From an uncultured Gammaproteobacteria bacterium (GTDB lineage: Bacteria > Patescibacteriota > Patescibacteriia > Magasanikbacterales > UBA922), in contig CAZEYK010000003.1 in the NCBI GenBank assembly GCA_964516055.1, positions 1 through 45,174 on the forward strand: DNA of 45,174 bases. Reading direction: 5' to 3'. This document shows positions 27,488 through 38,131 of this stretch, piece after piece. The notes beneath the pieces were generated by a model. It worked only from the letters and a program-made list of their open reading frames with translations, had not been told where the DNA came from and did no database searches. Within the stretch, counting starts at the first letter, position 1. Every line of letters begins with the position of its first letter. A program made the translations under genes and the position numbers.

Positions 27488-28150
27488 TCATTGTTTGCTG
27501 GCTTGGTCAATGAGTGTGTACATGTTTTGGATATTTTGTTTTGGACTATTGTTGTTGCCAAAGATTGCACTGCCGGGGCAGACTGCATGGATATGTGTCT
27601 TTGCAATATCGATAATTGTTTGTTCATTTACTGCGCCATCGAGGGAGATAAAGAGGTTGGGATATGTTTTGTGGAGTGTGATTATTTTTTGGAGTGTTTC
27701 TGGAATAAATGATTGTCCTTGTAATCCAGGATTTACTCCCATGAGCATGACGGCGTCTATTTCTTCGTTGTATGTGTCGATAACGGTTATAGGCGTTTCT
27801 GGTTTTAGGACTAGCCCTACTTCCCATCCGTAGGAGTGAATTGCGCCAATGACATGCTCGATGTTAGGGGTAGATTCGTAGTGTATTAATATTCGTTTTA
27901 TTTGATCGACAAATTCGAAGCGACGAGCTTCTTCGAGCGGATTGCTTACCATGAGATGAAGTTCGCAGTCTATTTCTAAATTATCGGTAATGGTATCTGG
28001 GTCTGGGTGCCATGTTGTGTTTGGTACAAATATACCATCGGCGATATCGAGTTGGATCATATTGACGCAGTCGGAAACGGCTGCGCTTTGGGTCAAAAAT
28101 TCTTGTTCTGTTTTGACGAGGATTGAAGGAATGATTTCTATATTGTGCAT
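27488..28150 (-). CDS. rpe: Ribulose-phosphate 3-epimerase
   Basis: DIADGIFVPN, HLMV, MGVNPGLQGQ, DGAV, GSAIF. Confidence 0.92.
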   Translation of the reverse strand: MHNIEIIPSILVKTEQEFLTQSAAVSDCVNMIQLDIADGIFVPNTTWHPDPDTITDNLEIDCELHLMVSNPLEEARRFEFVDQIKRILIHYESTPNIEHVIGAIHSYGWEVGLVLKPETPITVIDTYNEEIDAVMLMGVNPGLQGQSFIPETLQKIITLHKTYPNLFISLDGAVNEQTIIDIAKTHIHAVCPGSAIFGNNNSPKQNIQNMYTLIDQASKQ

Positions 28151-28178
28151 ATATACGGTGTCTTTTCTGATAGGGGTA

Positions 28179-28631
28179 TTATGTTTCTTCTTGGGTTATT
28201 TTGTTTAATCGACGAATGTGTCTTTCTTCTTGACTGAATGATGTTTCTATCCATTTTTTTATAATGGCGAGGGCGTATTCTTCATCAAGATGGTCTGCCG
28301 CAAGCGCAATGATGTTGGTGTTGTCGTGTTGCATCATGCTTTCGGCAACTTGGAGATTATAGCCAATACCGCTTCTGATACCAGAGACTTTATTTACCGC
28401 GATATTTACTCCAATCCCATTACGACAAATTACGATTCCTTTTCCATTTGTTTCTATCACTTTGTGTGCGAGGGGAATGACATAGTCTGGGTAGTCGTCC
28501 GTTTTTTGGTATTCTTCTGGACCAAGGTCTGTTATTTCTTGGTTTAGTTCATTTTGGATGTACCTTATAATTCGTTGTTTGAGGTGAAATCCTCCGTGGT
28601 CGGAGGCAATAAAGAGGGGACCCTTGTACAT
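28179..28631 (-). CDS. rpiB: Ribose-5-phosphate isomerase B
   Basis: ASDHGGF, DYPD, CRNGIG, HDNTN, RHIRR. Confidence 0.92.
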   Translation of the reverse strand: MYKGPLFIASDHGGFHLKQRIIRYIQNELNQEITDLGPEEYQKTDDYPDYVIPLAHKVIETNGKGIVICRNGIGVNIAVNKVSGIRSGIGYNLQVAESMMQHDNTNIIALAADHLDEEYALAIIKKWIETSFSQEERHIRRLNKITQEET

Positions 28632-28863
28632 ATAGTATGTATAATTTTGAATTTTTTAACATTTTTTTATGACAGGAATGAACTATTTAGCTGTCATTTG
28701 TATGAATAGAAACAATAGATACGTAATGCATTTATGTTCTCTTTGTATTCTATCAGGGAATGCGTGAAAGAAACAATAGTGATGTAAACTGTACAAGTAC
28801 TTCCTCCTTGTTGTATTATATGTGTATACACGCATTGTATTTATTTTTTCTCTGCATTTTTAT

Positions 28864-30471
28864 ATGGCAGAAACAACAAAACAGGGAATTCCTGCTGCAG
28901 AGCCTACTGGTATTTTTGCAACACCGCCGGAACCTCATGGAAATAATAGTACAGGAACAGTTGATTTAGATGCGCTTAAAAAACGTCTTGGTTTGGATCG
29001 TGTATTAAATCGAGATGTGCAATCTTCTGTTGGAGAAACCACAAAAGATGATGTCCCTCAAGCAGAGGTTTTTGATGATAGCATTGATTTTTTAGCAGGT
29101 TTTACAAAACTTGATATTCAAGATGATTTTTTGATTCAACAAGGAAAAAATGGGATTCCTATGTGGTTTCCTCTTACGAATCCCATAAAATCCGGACTTA
29201 TTGGAAGTATTTATCGTTTGGACGGAGGAAAAATACTCAAAAGAATGGTAAAGCCTCTTGGTGCGACGGAAGAACAATTTTTGGGAATGGTGAAAGCAGA
29301 ATATAATACGTTACGGCTTACTCAAGATATTCCTCATGCTGCTTCTATTGAAGCCGCGGGTATGGTGTTGTTGCCAAATGGTGAAACGGAATATTATATT
29401 CAAATGCCTGATGGTGGGGAATCGGTGTTTGATTATCAGATTGTGGGTACGCGTTTTTCTGCTTTGATACAAACACTTCGATTACAATATCCTGAACATG
29501 AATGGCTTTTTCAAAGCCTTGATCAACTTGTTGAGGCGCAAATTGCTGTGCAAAACAAAATTGAAAAAATGAAAGCACATTATTTAGGATTGGTTCCTAA
29601 TGATGTCGCTATTGTTGAAAAATCTTTTACTAATTTAGTAGAACAATATTCTGAACAGTTATTGTTGGCGAAGCAATTATTTTACCAACATGTTGGTGAG
29701 TTAATGACTCCTGCTATAGAAGGTACACATGCAATGCATGCGGCGGGGTTGGTGCATGGAGATATAAAGCCAGAAAATTATACGGTAGGATATCACGATA
29801 AAGACGGAAAACATGAAGGAATGGTGATTGATTTTGGTACGGTGACACGAGAGGGAGATCCCTTGCCAGATTTTATGAATGGAACTCCTGCTTATCTTGA
29901 TCCTGCACTATTGTTGCGATCTGTTGATTTGCGTAAAACATTTCATCGGTCGAGTGATTATTATGCTATGATCCGTACGGAGTTTAATGTGTTTTTGCAA
30001 ATTATGGAATTGCCTCCATTGCCAGATCTTTTGTCAATGCAAGATGCCTTTTTTGCAAAGACGGGACAGTATCCTAATGGAAATGAATCAATTGCTCTTC
30101 AGGATGCGATGTTTGATACATTGAAAAAGACTGATTTGCTCTCTCCTTCTTTTTTCCGTTTGCAATATATTGGTAATGCTAACGGATCTGTTGGGGATAT
30201 TTATGATTATCGGTTGAGCGAGGAGGAGTATGCAGCGCTTATGGTGATTGAACGGGATAGAGATGTTTCTTCAGCAGAGGGGATAGCAAGGTATAAACAG
30301 GATCATTCAATTTTGTGGAAACGAAGTTATGATGTTGCTCGTCAAGAATTGCATAAATCATTGTTATCATTGGATGTTGAGGATATGAAGAAATTGAAGC
30401 GTGTTATGAAATATATTACCGATCCACAGTATTATGAATCTTTGGCTCTGGCTTTGTTTGATCAGAGATAA
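28864..30471 (+). CDS. Ser/Thr protein kinase-like protein
   Basis: GLIGSIY, ILK, E in alphaC, HGDIKPEN, IDFG, GTPAY, SDYY. Confidence 0.8.
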   Translation: MAETTKQGIPAAEPTGIFATPPEPHGNNSTGTVDLDALKKRLGLDRVLNRDVQSSVGETTKDDVPQAEVFDDSIDFLAGFTKLDIQDDFLIQQGKNGIPMWFPLTNPIKSGLIGSIYRLDGGKILKRMVKPLGATEEQFLGMVKAEYNTLRLTQDIPHAASIEAAGMVLLPNGETEYYIQMPDGGESVFDYQIVGTRFSALIQTLRLQYPEHEWLFQSLDQLVEAQIAVQNKIEKMKAHYLGLVPNDVAIVEKSFTNLVEQYSEQLLLAKQLFYQHVGELMTPAIEGTHAMHAAGLVHGDIKPENYTVGYHDKDGKHEGMVIDFGTVTREGDPLPDFMNGTPAYLDPALLLRSVDLRKTFHRSSDYYAMIRTEFNVFLQIMELPPLPDLLSMQDAFFAKTGQYPNGNESIALQDAMFDTLKKTDLLSPSFFRLQYIGNANGSVGDIYDYRLSEEEYAALMVIERDRDVSSAEGIARYKQDHSILWKRSYDVARQELHKSLLSLDVEDMKKLKRVMKYITDPQYYESLALALFDQR

Positions 30472-30597
30472 TTTTTGATGTAGTTTGTCCCCATTTTTTT
30501 GCTAAGTAGACTTGACTTTTTGATTATTTTCATATTAGGTATGTATAGAAACAACCAGCCTCAAGGACGAGGCGTTGACAATCAAGGTGAGGAAAAA

Positions 30598-30882
30598 ATG
30601 GAACCATGGAAAAAAATTTTGGAGTCCATGCTTTCGGGGACGTTTTGGACATTTGAACGTGACGGGGACTCCGTCATGTTCTCCCACCCTTCTTGCAAGA
30701 AGGGTGTGGAGGCCAAGTTCTCGGAGAAAAACCCTCTCTCGGAAAGGCGGTTTGGGGGGGTCATTTTCCGCCCGACTCACGGTGGTGAGTTGGGCTGGCT
30801 CGTTTTTGAAGGCCAAAAGTTTTCGGTCGCCCTGGCCAGTCGGCCGGGTCTCCTCCTGTATTTGGAGGATTTCAAAACGTAG
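30598..30882 (+). CDS. GC-rich small hypothetical protein
   Basis: GAGG RBS, GC-rich codons, followed by two strong hairpins (30887-30922, 30928-30959). Confidence 0.55.
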   Translation: MEPWKKILESMLSGTFWTFERDGDSVMFSHPSCKKGVEAKFSEKNPLSERRFGGVIFRPTHGGELGWLVFEGQKFSVALASRPGLLLYLEDFKT

Positions 30883-31277
30883 TCTTTTGGGTTCGCCCTG
30901 CAACCTCTTGCGGGTGAGCCCATACTAAGCGGGGCGTCTATCACATCAGACGCCCCGTTCTTCATTTTTGGAGGGGAGTTGTTATTGTTGAAATAGAAAA
31001 TAGATACAAAAAAACACTACGTGTCTGCGTGGTGTTTTTTTTCGTTTTTTTAAAAATTTATGGTGGATACCTTTTTATTAAGATATACACAATGAATTCC
31101 AGGTGTGTGTTTTTTGTTTCCTTTTTTTGAAAAACACACACCGAGGTGGCTACCTGAGGCAGGGTAGCTTCTCCTTTTTGATCTACAGCTTGCCTCGAGG
31201 CTGCAGAAGTCCTGAGCGGTTACGGTAGTGAATAGGACTACGTTTCACTCCTGTGTTTGTATCACTGACTTGGTTTG

Positions 31278-33569
31278 TCAGTCTTTTTTGTAGGCTGATG
31301 GATCGACGACGATTTTGCTTTCGCCTTCGTCCTCGGGTTCGTTGCCTTTGTCCTCGCTGATCGGTTTGGGCGTGGGCTCGTTGCCTTCATCCTCGGCGAT
31401 CGGTTTGGGCGTGGGGTCGTTGTCTTTGTCTTCGAACCAGTCATCGTCGAGGTCGTCGGGGAGGGGGATCGGCGCTTTGGGCGGTTCCTCTGAGGAGCCG
31501 GCTGTCAGCGTTTTTTCGTTTCCTTTCTTCCATCCCAACGCGATGGCCTGCCGTTCGTCGATCTTCCAGATCGCCCCGGTGTCCGGGGCGAGCAGCTGAT
31601 TGACGTCTTGTGGCAAGTTGGGCTTGGGGAGCCCAGCGCGCTCGATGGCCTCGAGTCCCTCGTGGAACTTTTGGATGGGGTTCATGAGGCGTTTGACGTA
31701 GTTGTCGTACGCAAATGCCTCGAGTTCGGCTCGGTTGATGTTGGGATTTTTTCTCACGAGCTCGGCCACTCCTGCCCGCAAGCGGGCATGGAGACTCTGA
31801 ACCGTTCTCAATTGGCTTCCCAACTCTGACTCCGCCTTGAGCCCCTTGGCCACGATTTCAGCAGGGTCGACCCAGCCGTCCTGGCGGAGTCGGTCAATCG
31901 AGACGTTCCACGGCTCCCGCTGGTTGGCGGGGTCGGGGAATTGCTCGCCGACGAGATCTTTCCAGCTCGGTGCTGACGCGCCGGAGGCTGTGACCTCGCG
32001 GATGCATTTCAAGTAGGCTTCGAGGGCTTGCGCCGCCGAGGCCCTGCCGTCTCCGTTTTGACCATTGACCCACCAGCTGGCCATAGCCAACTGGATTTCG
32101 GGGAGGGGCATGTACCTTGGGTGGGTGTCGCGGATTTGAGCGAGAGACGTGATGAACGCCTCCCGCCGCTGGAGCCACTCGCGGAGGTTGTGGATCGCGT
32201 GCCGCATGCGGTCTGCGATGCCACGGGACTCTCCGTCGCGGGCGTACTCTTTGGCATCCGAGTAGCCCATGCCCTTGACGAGGGCTTGGGCGTCGGCGTT
32301 GCCGCGGAGTGCGGTCTGCCCCAACGAGTAGTATGCCACGATTTCACGCTCCCGCCCTGCGGTGAATTTCCACAGGAACGGGAGCATTTCGAACGCGAAG
32401 AAGAACAGGTGCATGAGGATGACCAGGATCAAGGCGGGGGTCCCACCAGCCTGGACGATCTTCATGCTTTCCGCCAGGTAGCCGGGGAGGGACCGATCTT
32501 CCCTCCACAGCTTGTCGTGGACGCGCGCCAGCGCGTCGAGTTCCTCGGGATCTTTGGTCCTTCGGATCTCGTTGATCTTGCCCCTCTTCTCATCCTTGAG
32601 CTGCTGTACGCGGTTGCCCACCTGCGAGCGGGCCTCGGCGACGTCTTTGTCGCGTTTCTCTTCGAGTTTGACGATTTGACCTGTGGTCTCCTCATCAAAC
32701 TTTTTAAGTTCCGCGTCGCGGTTGGCCCGGGCTTTCTTGAGCTCGCTGGCAAGATCGTCACGAGCTGCCTTGAACTCCTCTTTCCCGTATGGTACGCGAA
32801 CGCGAACGCTCACGAACTTTCCGGGGTTTTTTGGGTCCTGCACCTTGCGGTAGCCGAAACGCTTTGAGGCGTCGAGGTACTCCTGCTGGGCGCGATCGTA
32901 ATCTGCCTGCAGGGGGGCGATGATGCCGTTGTGCCGGTCGACCAGCTCGGCGCGCTCGGTGGCGCGGCGAGCCGTGTAGTCGTCCAGCTTCTTTTTCTTT
33001 TCGTCCTTCACGACGGTGATGCCTGCTGCCTGTTTCTCGGCGCCTGCGATCAGGATGTCGTACTCACGGCTGGTGTCGCTGACCGCCAAGGAGATGAGCT
33101 CCTGAGCGGCAGCGGTTTCCCTCTGCCTGATGTTGTGTTCTGCCATGGTGTAGAACACCATGGTCTCAAGCATGAGCGCTGAGACTGCTGTGAACACGAT
33201 GGCGATCATGATGCGGCCGAGGAGCGGTGCAAAGCTCCTCTTCATTTGGGACGTGTCCATGGTCATGACGCTCCGGTCGAACCAGAGCACGGCCATGCTG
33301 ACGACGAACGAGAGGAACAGACCCGTGGCGACGCCCGGAAGCGTCGCCAACATCCAGTTCCCGAGCACGCTCAGAGCTGTGTAGTAGCTCATCACGTACC
33401 CGGTAAAGAATCAGATGCCGGCGTTCATGAGCAGCTGCAGAAGCAGCAGCCACGCGCCGGGGGCGATGCGGTTGCGGGTGAGGTCGTTCATGGGCCCGTT
33501 GGTATTCAGGCCCAATCTCTCCACGATCCCCGGCTTTCGCGCGGGGGGTGGGGTGATCGTTGTCGACAT
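31278..33569 (-). pseudogene. DUF4407-like membrane/coiled-coil protein interrupted by one in-frame TGA
   Basis: AAGGAG + ATG 33569; frame continues through TGA 33411-33413 into ORF 31278-33395; WFDRS, RIMIAIV, FEMLPFLWK motifs. Confidence 0.65.
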
Positions 33570-33880
33570 AGTCGAGCTCCTTGGTGTGGACTTCCCCTTT
33601 TTAGGCAAGTCCGTTGTTGTTCTCGAGTGGTAGGAAATTCCTACCCGAAAAGACGAAAATTTTGGCCAAAGCACGTAATTTTGTTCTTTTCGAATAGAAA
33701 CAACCTATTGTAAGGTGCCTCAAGTCTTTTACAAGACAAATACCTAGTATCAATTGTTTGCTACTAGGTATATATCCTGCAAGCAGAAGATCCGTTGTAT
33801 TTTTTGCGTCATTTTTGTAACGGAAAAATGTATCATAGATCATCCTTTTTGTCAATGATTTTAGGGCATTTTGGTATATA

Positions 33881-33909
33881 TTGACTTTTTCCTCTTTTTT
33901 CAGTATATT
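33881..33909 (+). promoter_or_regulatory. sigma70 promoter of the ileS leader
   Basis: TTGACT, 17 bp spacer, TATATT. Confidence 0.6.
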
Positions 33910-33929
33910 TGTACATACAATCTATACAA

Positions 33930-34092
33930 GCATTTGACCCGTTATCACCGGGGAGCTAGAGGAATAAATCCATGTTGGAGAGTAGACCCTCTCGGGTAAG
34001 CCCGTTATCGTTTCAATTAAGAAACCAGTTTGGTAAACTCGAGATGGTACCGCCTGTTGCAAGGCTCTCGGGAATAGCAGAGTGGTTTTTTT
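33930..34092 (+). promoter_or_regulatory. T-box riboswitch (Ile, short Stem I)
   Basis: Specifier ATC 33944-33946, AGTA and CCGTTA motifs, antiterminator GAGA-TGGTACC-GCC...GGC-TCTC, T tract from 34086. Confidence 0.9.
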
Positions 34093-34109
34093 ATTTTGAC
34101 AATAGTTAT

Positions 34110-37049
34110 ATGCCATACAATGCCAATACATACGAACAAGAGGTTTTAGATTTTTGGAAAAAAGATAAGACCTTTGAAAAATCAGTACATCAGCGTCCGG
34201 AGAATAAGCCGTACGTATTTTATGATGGGCCGCCGTTTGCAACTGGGTTGCCACATTATGGACACATTTTGGGTTCAGTTGTGAAAGATTTGATTCCTCG
34301 ATACAAAACTATGCAAGGGTATCGTGTTCGACGTCGGTGGGGATGGGATTGTCATGGACTTCCTATTGAACAATTGATTGAAAAAAAATTGGAGATCTCT
34401 GGAAAAAAACAAATTGAAGAAGACATCGGTGTTGAGAAATTTAACAATGCCTGTCATGATGCGGTGCTTGAATATGCGGGGCAATGGAAAACCATGGTAG
34501 ATCGAATGGGGCGCTGGGTTGAATTTGATAATGCATACAAAACCATGGATTCAACGTATATGGAATCTGTGTGGTGGTCGCTGAAGACTATTTGGGATAA
34601 AGGAAAAATTTATGAAGGGTGGAAAGTTTTGCAATATTGTCCACGTTGTGAAACACCAATTTCAAAAGCAGAAACTGCGATGGATAATAGTTATAAAGAT
34701 GTTACGGAAGAGAGCGTTATTATTAAATTTTTGTCTCATGCTGCTGCAAAGAAATTTGCACTCGACGGAGATGTTTTTCTTTTGGCATGGACAACCACTC
34801 CGTGGACATTGCCAGGAAACTTGGCGCTTGCTGTGGGAGAAAACATTGAATATGCCGTGGTAGCTTTTGACGGAGCGTATTATGTTGTGGCAAAAGATTT
34901 GGTTGCGAGTGTATTTGTTGATAAAAACATTGATATTGTCCAAAACGTATTTGGTAAGGATTTGGTGGGGCTTTCTTATGAACCATTTTATGATATGCCT
35001 GCGATGAAAGAAACAGGGAAGAAGGCGTGGTATGTAGCTGCCGCTGATTTTGTGACCACTGAGGATGGAACGGGGATTGTTCACACCGCAGTGATGTATG
35101 GTGAAGACGATTATCAATTAGGAAAATCTTTGGGATTGCCAGAGGTTCCTATGCTTAATGATGCAGGACATTTTACCGATGTGTTTCCTCCTACTCAAGG
35201 ACAATATTTTAAAAAAGCGGAAAAAACGATTAAAGTTGATCTTGAGGAGCGAGGATTACTATTTGCTCGGAAACAATATACGCATTCATATCCACATTGT
35301 TGGCGATGTGGGACGGCATTATTTTATAATGCTATTTCAGCTTGGTTTATTGATATTCAAGGAGAAATTAAAGCACGAATGCTTGAGTTGAACGAACGAA
35401 TTTCATGGTTCCCCGAACATTTGAAACATGGACGGTTTCAGCATATTTTGGAAACAGCCCCTGATTGGAATATTTCTCGGAATCGATATTGGGCAACGGC
35501 ACTTCCGTTTTGGAAATGTGATAGCGAAGATTGTTGTGAAACCGTGTGTGTGGGCTCTGTTGCTGAATTGAAAGAACGAGCTGTAAATTTTTCTGAGGTG
35601 TACGACACTGATGAAGTGACCAAGATGGATTTGCATAAGAACAAAATGGATTTGGTAAAATTGCATTGTTCTTGTGGTTCAGAGATGACTCGTATTCCAG
35701 AAGTTATTGATTGTTGGGTTGAGGCTGCCTCTATGCCGTTTGCGGAATTTCATTATCCGTTTGAAAATGAAGAGGTATTTAAGAAACGATTTCCCGGGCA
35801 GTTTATTGCTGAATACATTGCTCAAACGCGGGCGTGGTTTTATTACATGCATGTCATGTCTACGCTATTATTTGATAGTAATAGTTTTGAAAATGTGGTC
35901 ACTACCGGAACGATTATGAATGATAAGGGGGAGAAGTTATCAAAATCAAAACAAAATTTTACTGATCCTTGGATTATTATTGATCAGTATGGTATGGATG
36001 CGCTTCGGTATTATTTGATGACGAGCGTGGTGATGCAATCTGAGAATCTTAACTTTGTGGATCGAGAAGTGCGGGATGTTTATAACAAGGTTATTAATTT
36101 GCTGTGGAATGTGGTGACGTTTTATCGTATGTTTCAGGATCAAGGAACAACAAAAGATACGGAACAGCCACCAGCGTCGCCATATGTGCTTGATCAGTGG
36201 ATTGTGGCGCGACTCCATGCATTGATTCGGGAAGTGACACTCCACCTTGATGCGTATAATACGGTGAAGGCTGGGCGTCCTATTAAAGAATTTATTGACG
36301 AATTGTCTACATGGTATGTGCGTCGTTCCCGAGCTCGATTTAAGGGAACGGATGAACAAGATAAACAAGCAGCAATTGCAACTCTAGGCTATGTATTGCA
36401 AGAATTATCAAAAGTAATGGCACCGTTTACTCCTTTTATTGCTGAAAAAATTTGGTATGCCGTTACTGGCAAGAGTACGAGTGTTCATTTGGAACTGTGG
36501 CCTACTTGTGAAGAGCCTTCATCAGATGAAGTACAGGTGCTTACGGATATGCCTCAGGTTCTCAAAGTTGTGGAGATGGGGTTGTCTTTGAGAAAAGATA
36601 CGGGGGTTCGTGTACGTCAACCGCTTGCTGAATTTTCTGTGTTTACGACGCAATTTTCAAACAGTCAATATGCAGATATTATTGCTGATGAATTGAATGT
36701 GAAGTATGTGCTTCATACGGTGGTAAGCGGAGATGGTTGGCATATAAAAGAAGATGGTGACATTACCGTTGCGTTGAATACAACGATTACTGATGAGTTG
36801 AAAAAAGAGGGGTTCCTTCGTGAGGTGGTGCGAGCAGTGAATGCAATGCGGAAAGATCAAGGGCTTACTCGAGAACATCGTATTGTGGTTGGGTATCATA
36901 CTGACGATGCATTGCTTAAATCGGTATTTGTAGATTTTGCTGATGAATTGAAAGCACAAGTGCTTGCCGATGATATTGTTGTTTCTTCTGATGGGGAGGT
37001 TGTTGATCTTGAAGGAATAGCCGTTACTCTTTCTGTGGTAAAACAGTAA
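34110..37049 (+). CDS. ileS: Isoleucyl-tRNA synthetase (IleRS2-like)
   Basis: DGPPFATGLPHYGH, GWDCHGLP, WTTTPWTLP, DWNISRNRYW, KLSKS. Confidence 0.97.
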   Translation: MPYNANTYEQEVLDFWKKDKTFEKSVHQRPENKPYVFYDGPPFATGLPHYGHILGSVVKDLIPRYKTMQGYRVRRRWGWDCHGLPIEQLIEKKLEISGKKQIEEDIGVEKFNNACHDAVLEYAGQWKTMVDRMGRWVEFDNAYKTMDSTYMESVWWSLKTIWDKGKIYEGWKVLQYCPRCETPISKAETAMDNSYKDVTEESVIIKFLSHAAAKKFALDGDVFLLAWTTTPWTLPGNLALAVGENIEYAVVAFDGAYYVVAKDLVASVFVDKNIDIVQNVFGKDLVGLSYEPFYDMPAMKETGKKAWYVAAADFVTTEDGTGIVHTAVMYGEDDYQLGKSLGLPEVPMLNDAGHFTDVFPPTQGQYFKKAEKTIKVDLEERGLLFARKQYTHSYPHCWRCGTALFYNAISAWFIDIQGEIKARMLELNERISWFPEHLKHGRFQHILETAPDWNISRNRYWATALPFWKCDSEDCCETVCVGSVAELKERAVNFSEVYDTDEVTKMDLHKNKMDLVKLHCSCGSEMTRIPEVIDCWVEAASMPFAEFHYPFENEEVFKKRFPGQFIAEYIAQTRAWFYYMHVMSTLLFDSNSFENVVTTGTIMNDKGEKLSKSKQNFTDPWIIIDQYGMDALRYYLMTSVVMQSENLNFVDREVRDVYNKVINLLWNVVTFYRMFQDQGTTKDTEQPPASPYVLDQWIVARLHALIREVTLHLDAYNTVKAGRPIKEFIDELSTWYVRRSRARFKGTDEQDKQAAIATLGYVLQELSKVMAPFTPFIAEKIWYAVTGKSTSVHLELWPTCEEPSSDEVQVLTDMPQVLKVVEMGLSLRKDTGVRVRQPLAEFSVFTTQFSNSQYADIIADELNVKYVLHTVVSGDGWHIKEDGDITVALNTTITDELKKEGFLREVVRAVNAMRKDQGLTREHRIVVGYHTDDALLKSVFVDFADELKAQVLADDIVVSSDGEVVDLEGIAVTLSVVKQ

Positions 37050-37111
37050 GAGGAAATGATTGTTACGAGTATTTTGCTCGTTGTCTCTATGTATAATAAA
37101 CAGCTACGGCA

Positions 37112-37651
37112 TTATGCCGTAGCTGTTATTTTTTGGTGGATGAAGGCGAGGTGTTCATTGATGTCTGTTGTGGCAGGGAGTATGTGGCAGGGGATGCTGT
37201 GTTTTTCAATGAGGTTATGTATGATGGTATCAATTTCTTCTCTGAATGTTCCATCTGTTGAACGAACTTTATCGTGAACGGGGTCGATATCAAGTCGGGT
37301 TGTTTTAAATATTGCATGGTATGTTTTCATATGCTGCGCAGCAAGGCGTTCATACATTTGTATTTCGTCTGCGTGAGCGGCTCGGTATAGATAGGCAAAA
37401 TTATCAATAGTGGATCTATCGCATAATAAAAACATACCTGGGCGGTATGTTTGTTTTTCGTTTGAAATTTGTTCATTGAGAATCCATGCTTGTGCGGCGA
37501 CGGTGGTTTGTTCATTGATAGGAAATGGACAGAGGCGGGCAAATTCTGGCAGGTGGGTGACGGTATGTCCTTGTTCTTGTAATTGTTTGGCAAGGGCATT
37601 TTTGAGTGTCGTTTTTCCTGTGGAGTGGGTTCCAATGATAGCTATTTTCAT
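37112..37651 (-). CDS. AAA_28 / NadR-like nucleotide kinase-fold ATPase
   Basis: GTHSTGKTT, LPEFAR, LCDRSTID. Confidence 0.8.
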   Translation of the reverse strand: MKIAIIGTHSTGKTTLKNALAKQLQEQGHTVTHLPEFARLCPFPINEQTTVAAQAWILNEQISNEKQTYRPGMFLLCDRSTIDNFAYLYRAAHADEIQMYERLAAQHMKTYHAIFKTTRLDIDPVHDKVRSTDGTFREEIDTIIHNLIEKHSIPCHILPATTDINEHLAFIHQKITATA

Positions 37652-37821
37652 AATTTTTCTTAGTATATCATGTTTTGTTTGAATGATTGTCCACAGGATA
37701 TTTGTTTGTTGAAAGGGGGTTTTGTTAAAGAGAGGTATAATTGACAACCACTGGGTTATTTGCTTAATATACTCTGTCCGTCTGTAATTTTGCAGGCAGA
37801 CAATAACTAAGGAGTATGACG

Positions 37822-38106
37822 ATGATCACGCACACTGTGTACGAAAAAGGTAAGGTGCAGAGTCTCGGGTTCACTATGCCAGACGGTCGTAAAGCGACGG
37901 TCGGTGTGCTCGAGGCGGGGAGCTATAACTTCGGTGTCGCCAAACGGCGCGAGGAAATCGAAGTTATTACCGGAGAGTTGTCCCTCCCCGGCAGCAATAA
38001 TATGAAATGGCATCCGATGACCAATGATGTTCTCGTGTTCGAGGAAGGTCAGACCATCGAGTTCCTTGCCATCGATGGCACGTCGTACCTCTGCATCTAC
38101 GGCTAG
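37822..38106 (+). CDS. ppnP: Pyrimidine/purine nucleoside phosphorylase (DUF1255)
   Basis: YEKGKVQSLGF, ATVGVLEAGSYNF, EEIEVITGEL, YLCIYG; AAGGAG RBS (alternative ATG 37816). Confidence 0.85.
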   Translation: MITHTVYEKGKVQSLGFTMPDGRKATVGVLEAGSYNFGVAKRREEIEVITGELSLPGSNNMKWHPMTNDVLVFEEGQTIEFLAIDGTSYLCIYG

Positions 38107-38131
38107 AGAGCACGCAGGACGTCTTTCATAC

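Noticed and set aside
33411-33413. Genetic code 25 (TGA=Gly) for the genome
   Set aside because: Long genes such as ileS and gyrA have no internal TGA, and several genes terminate at TGA
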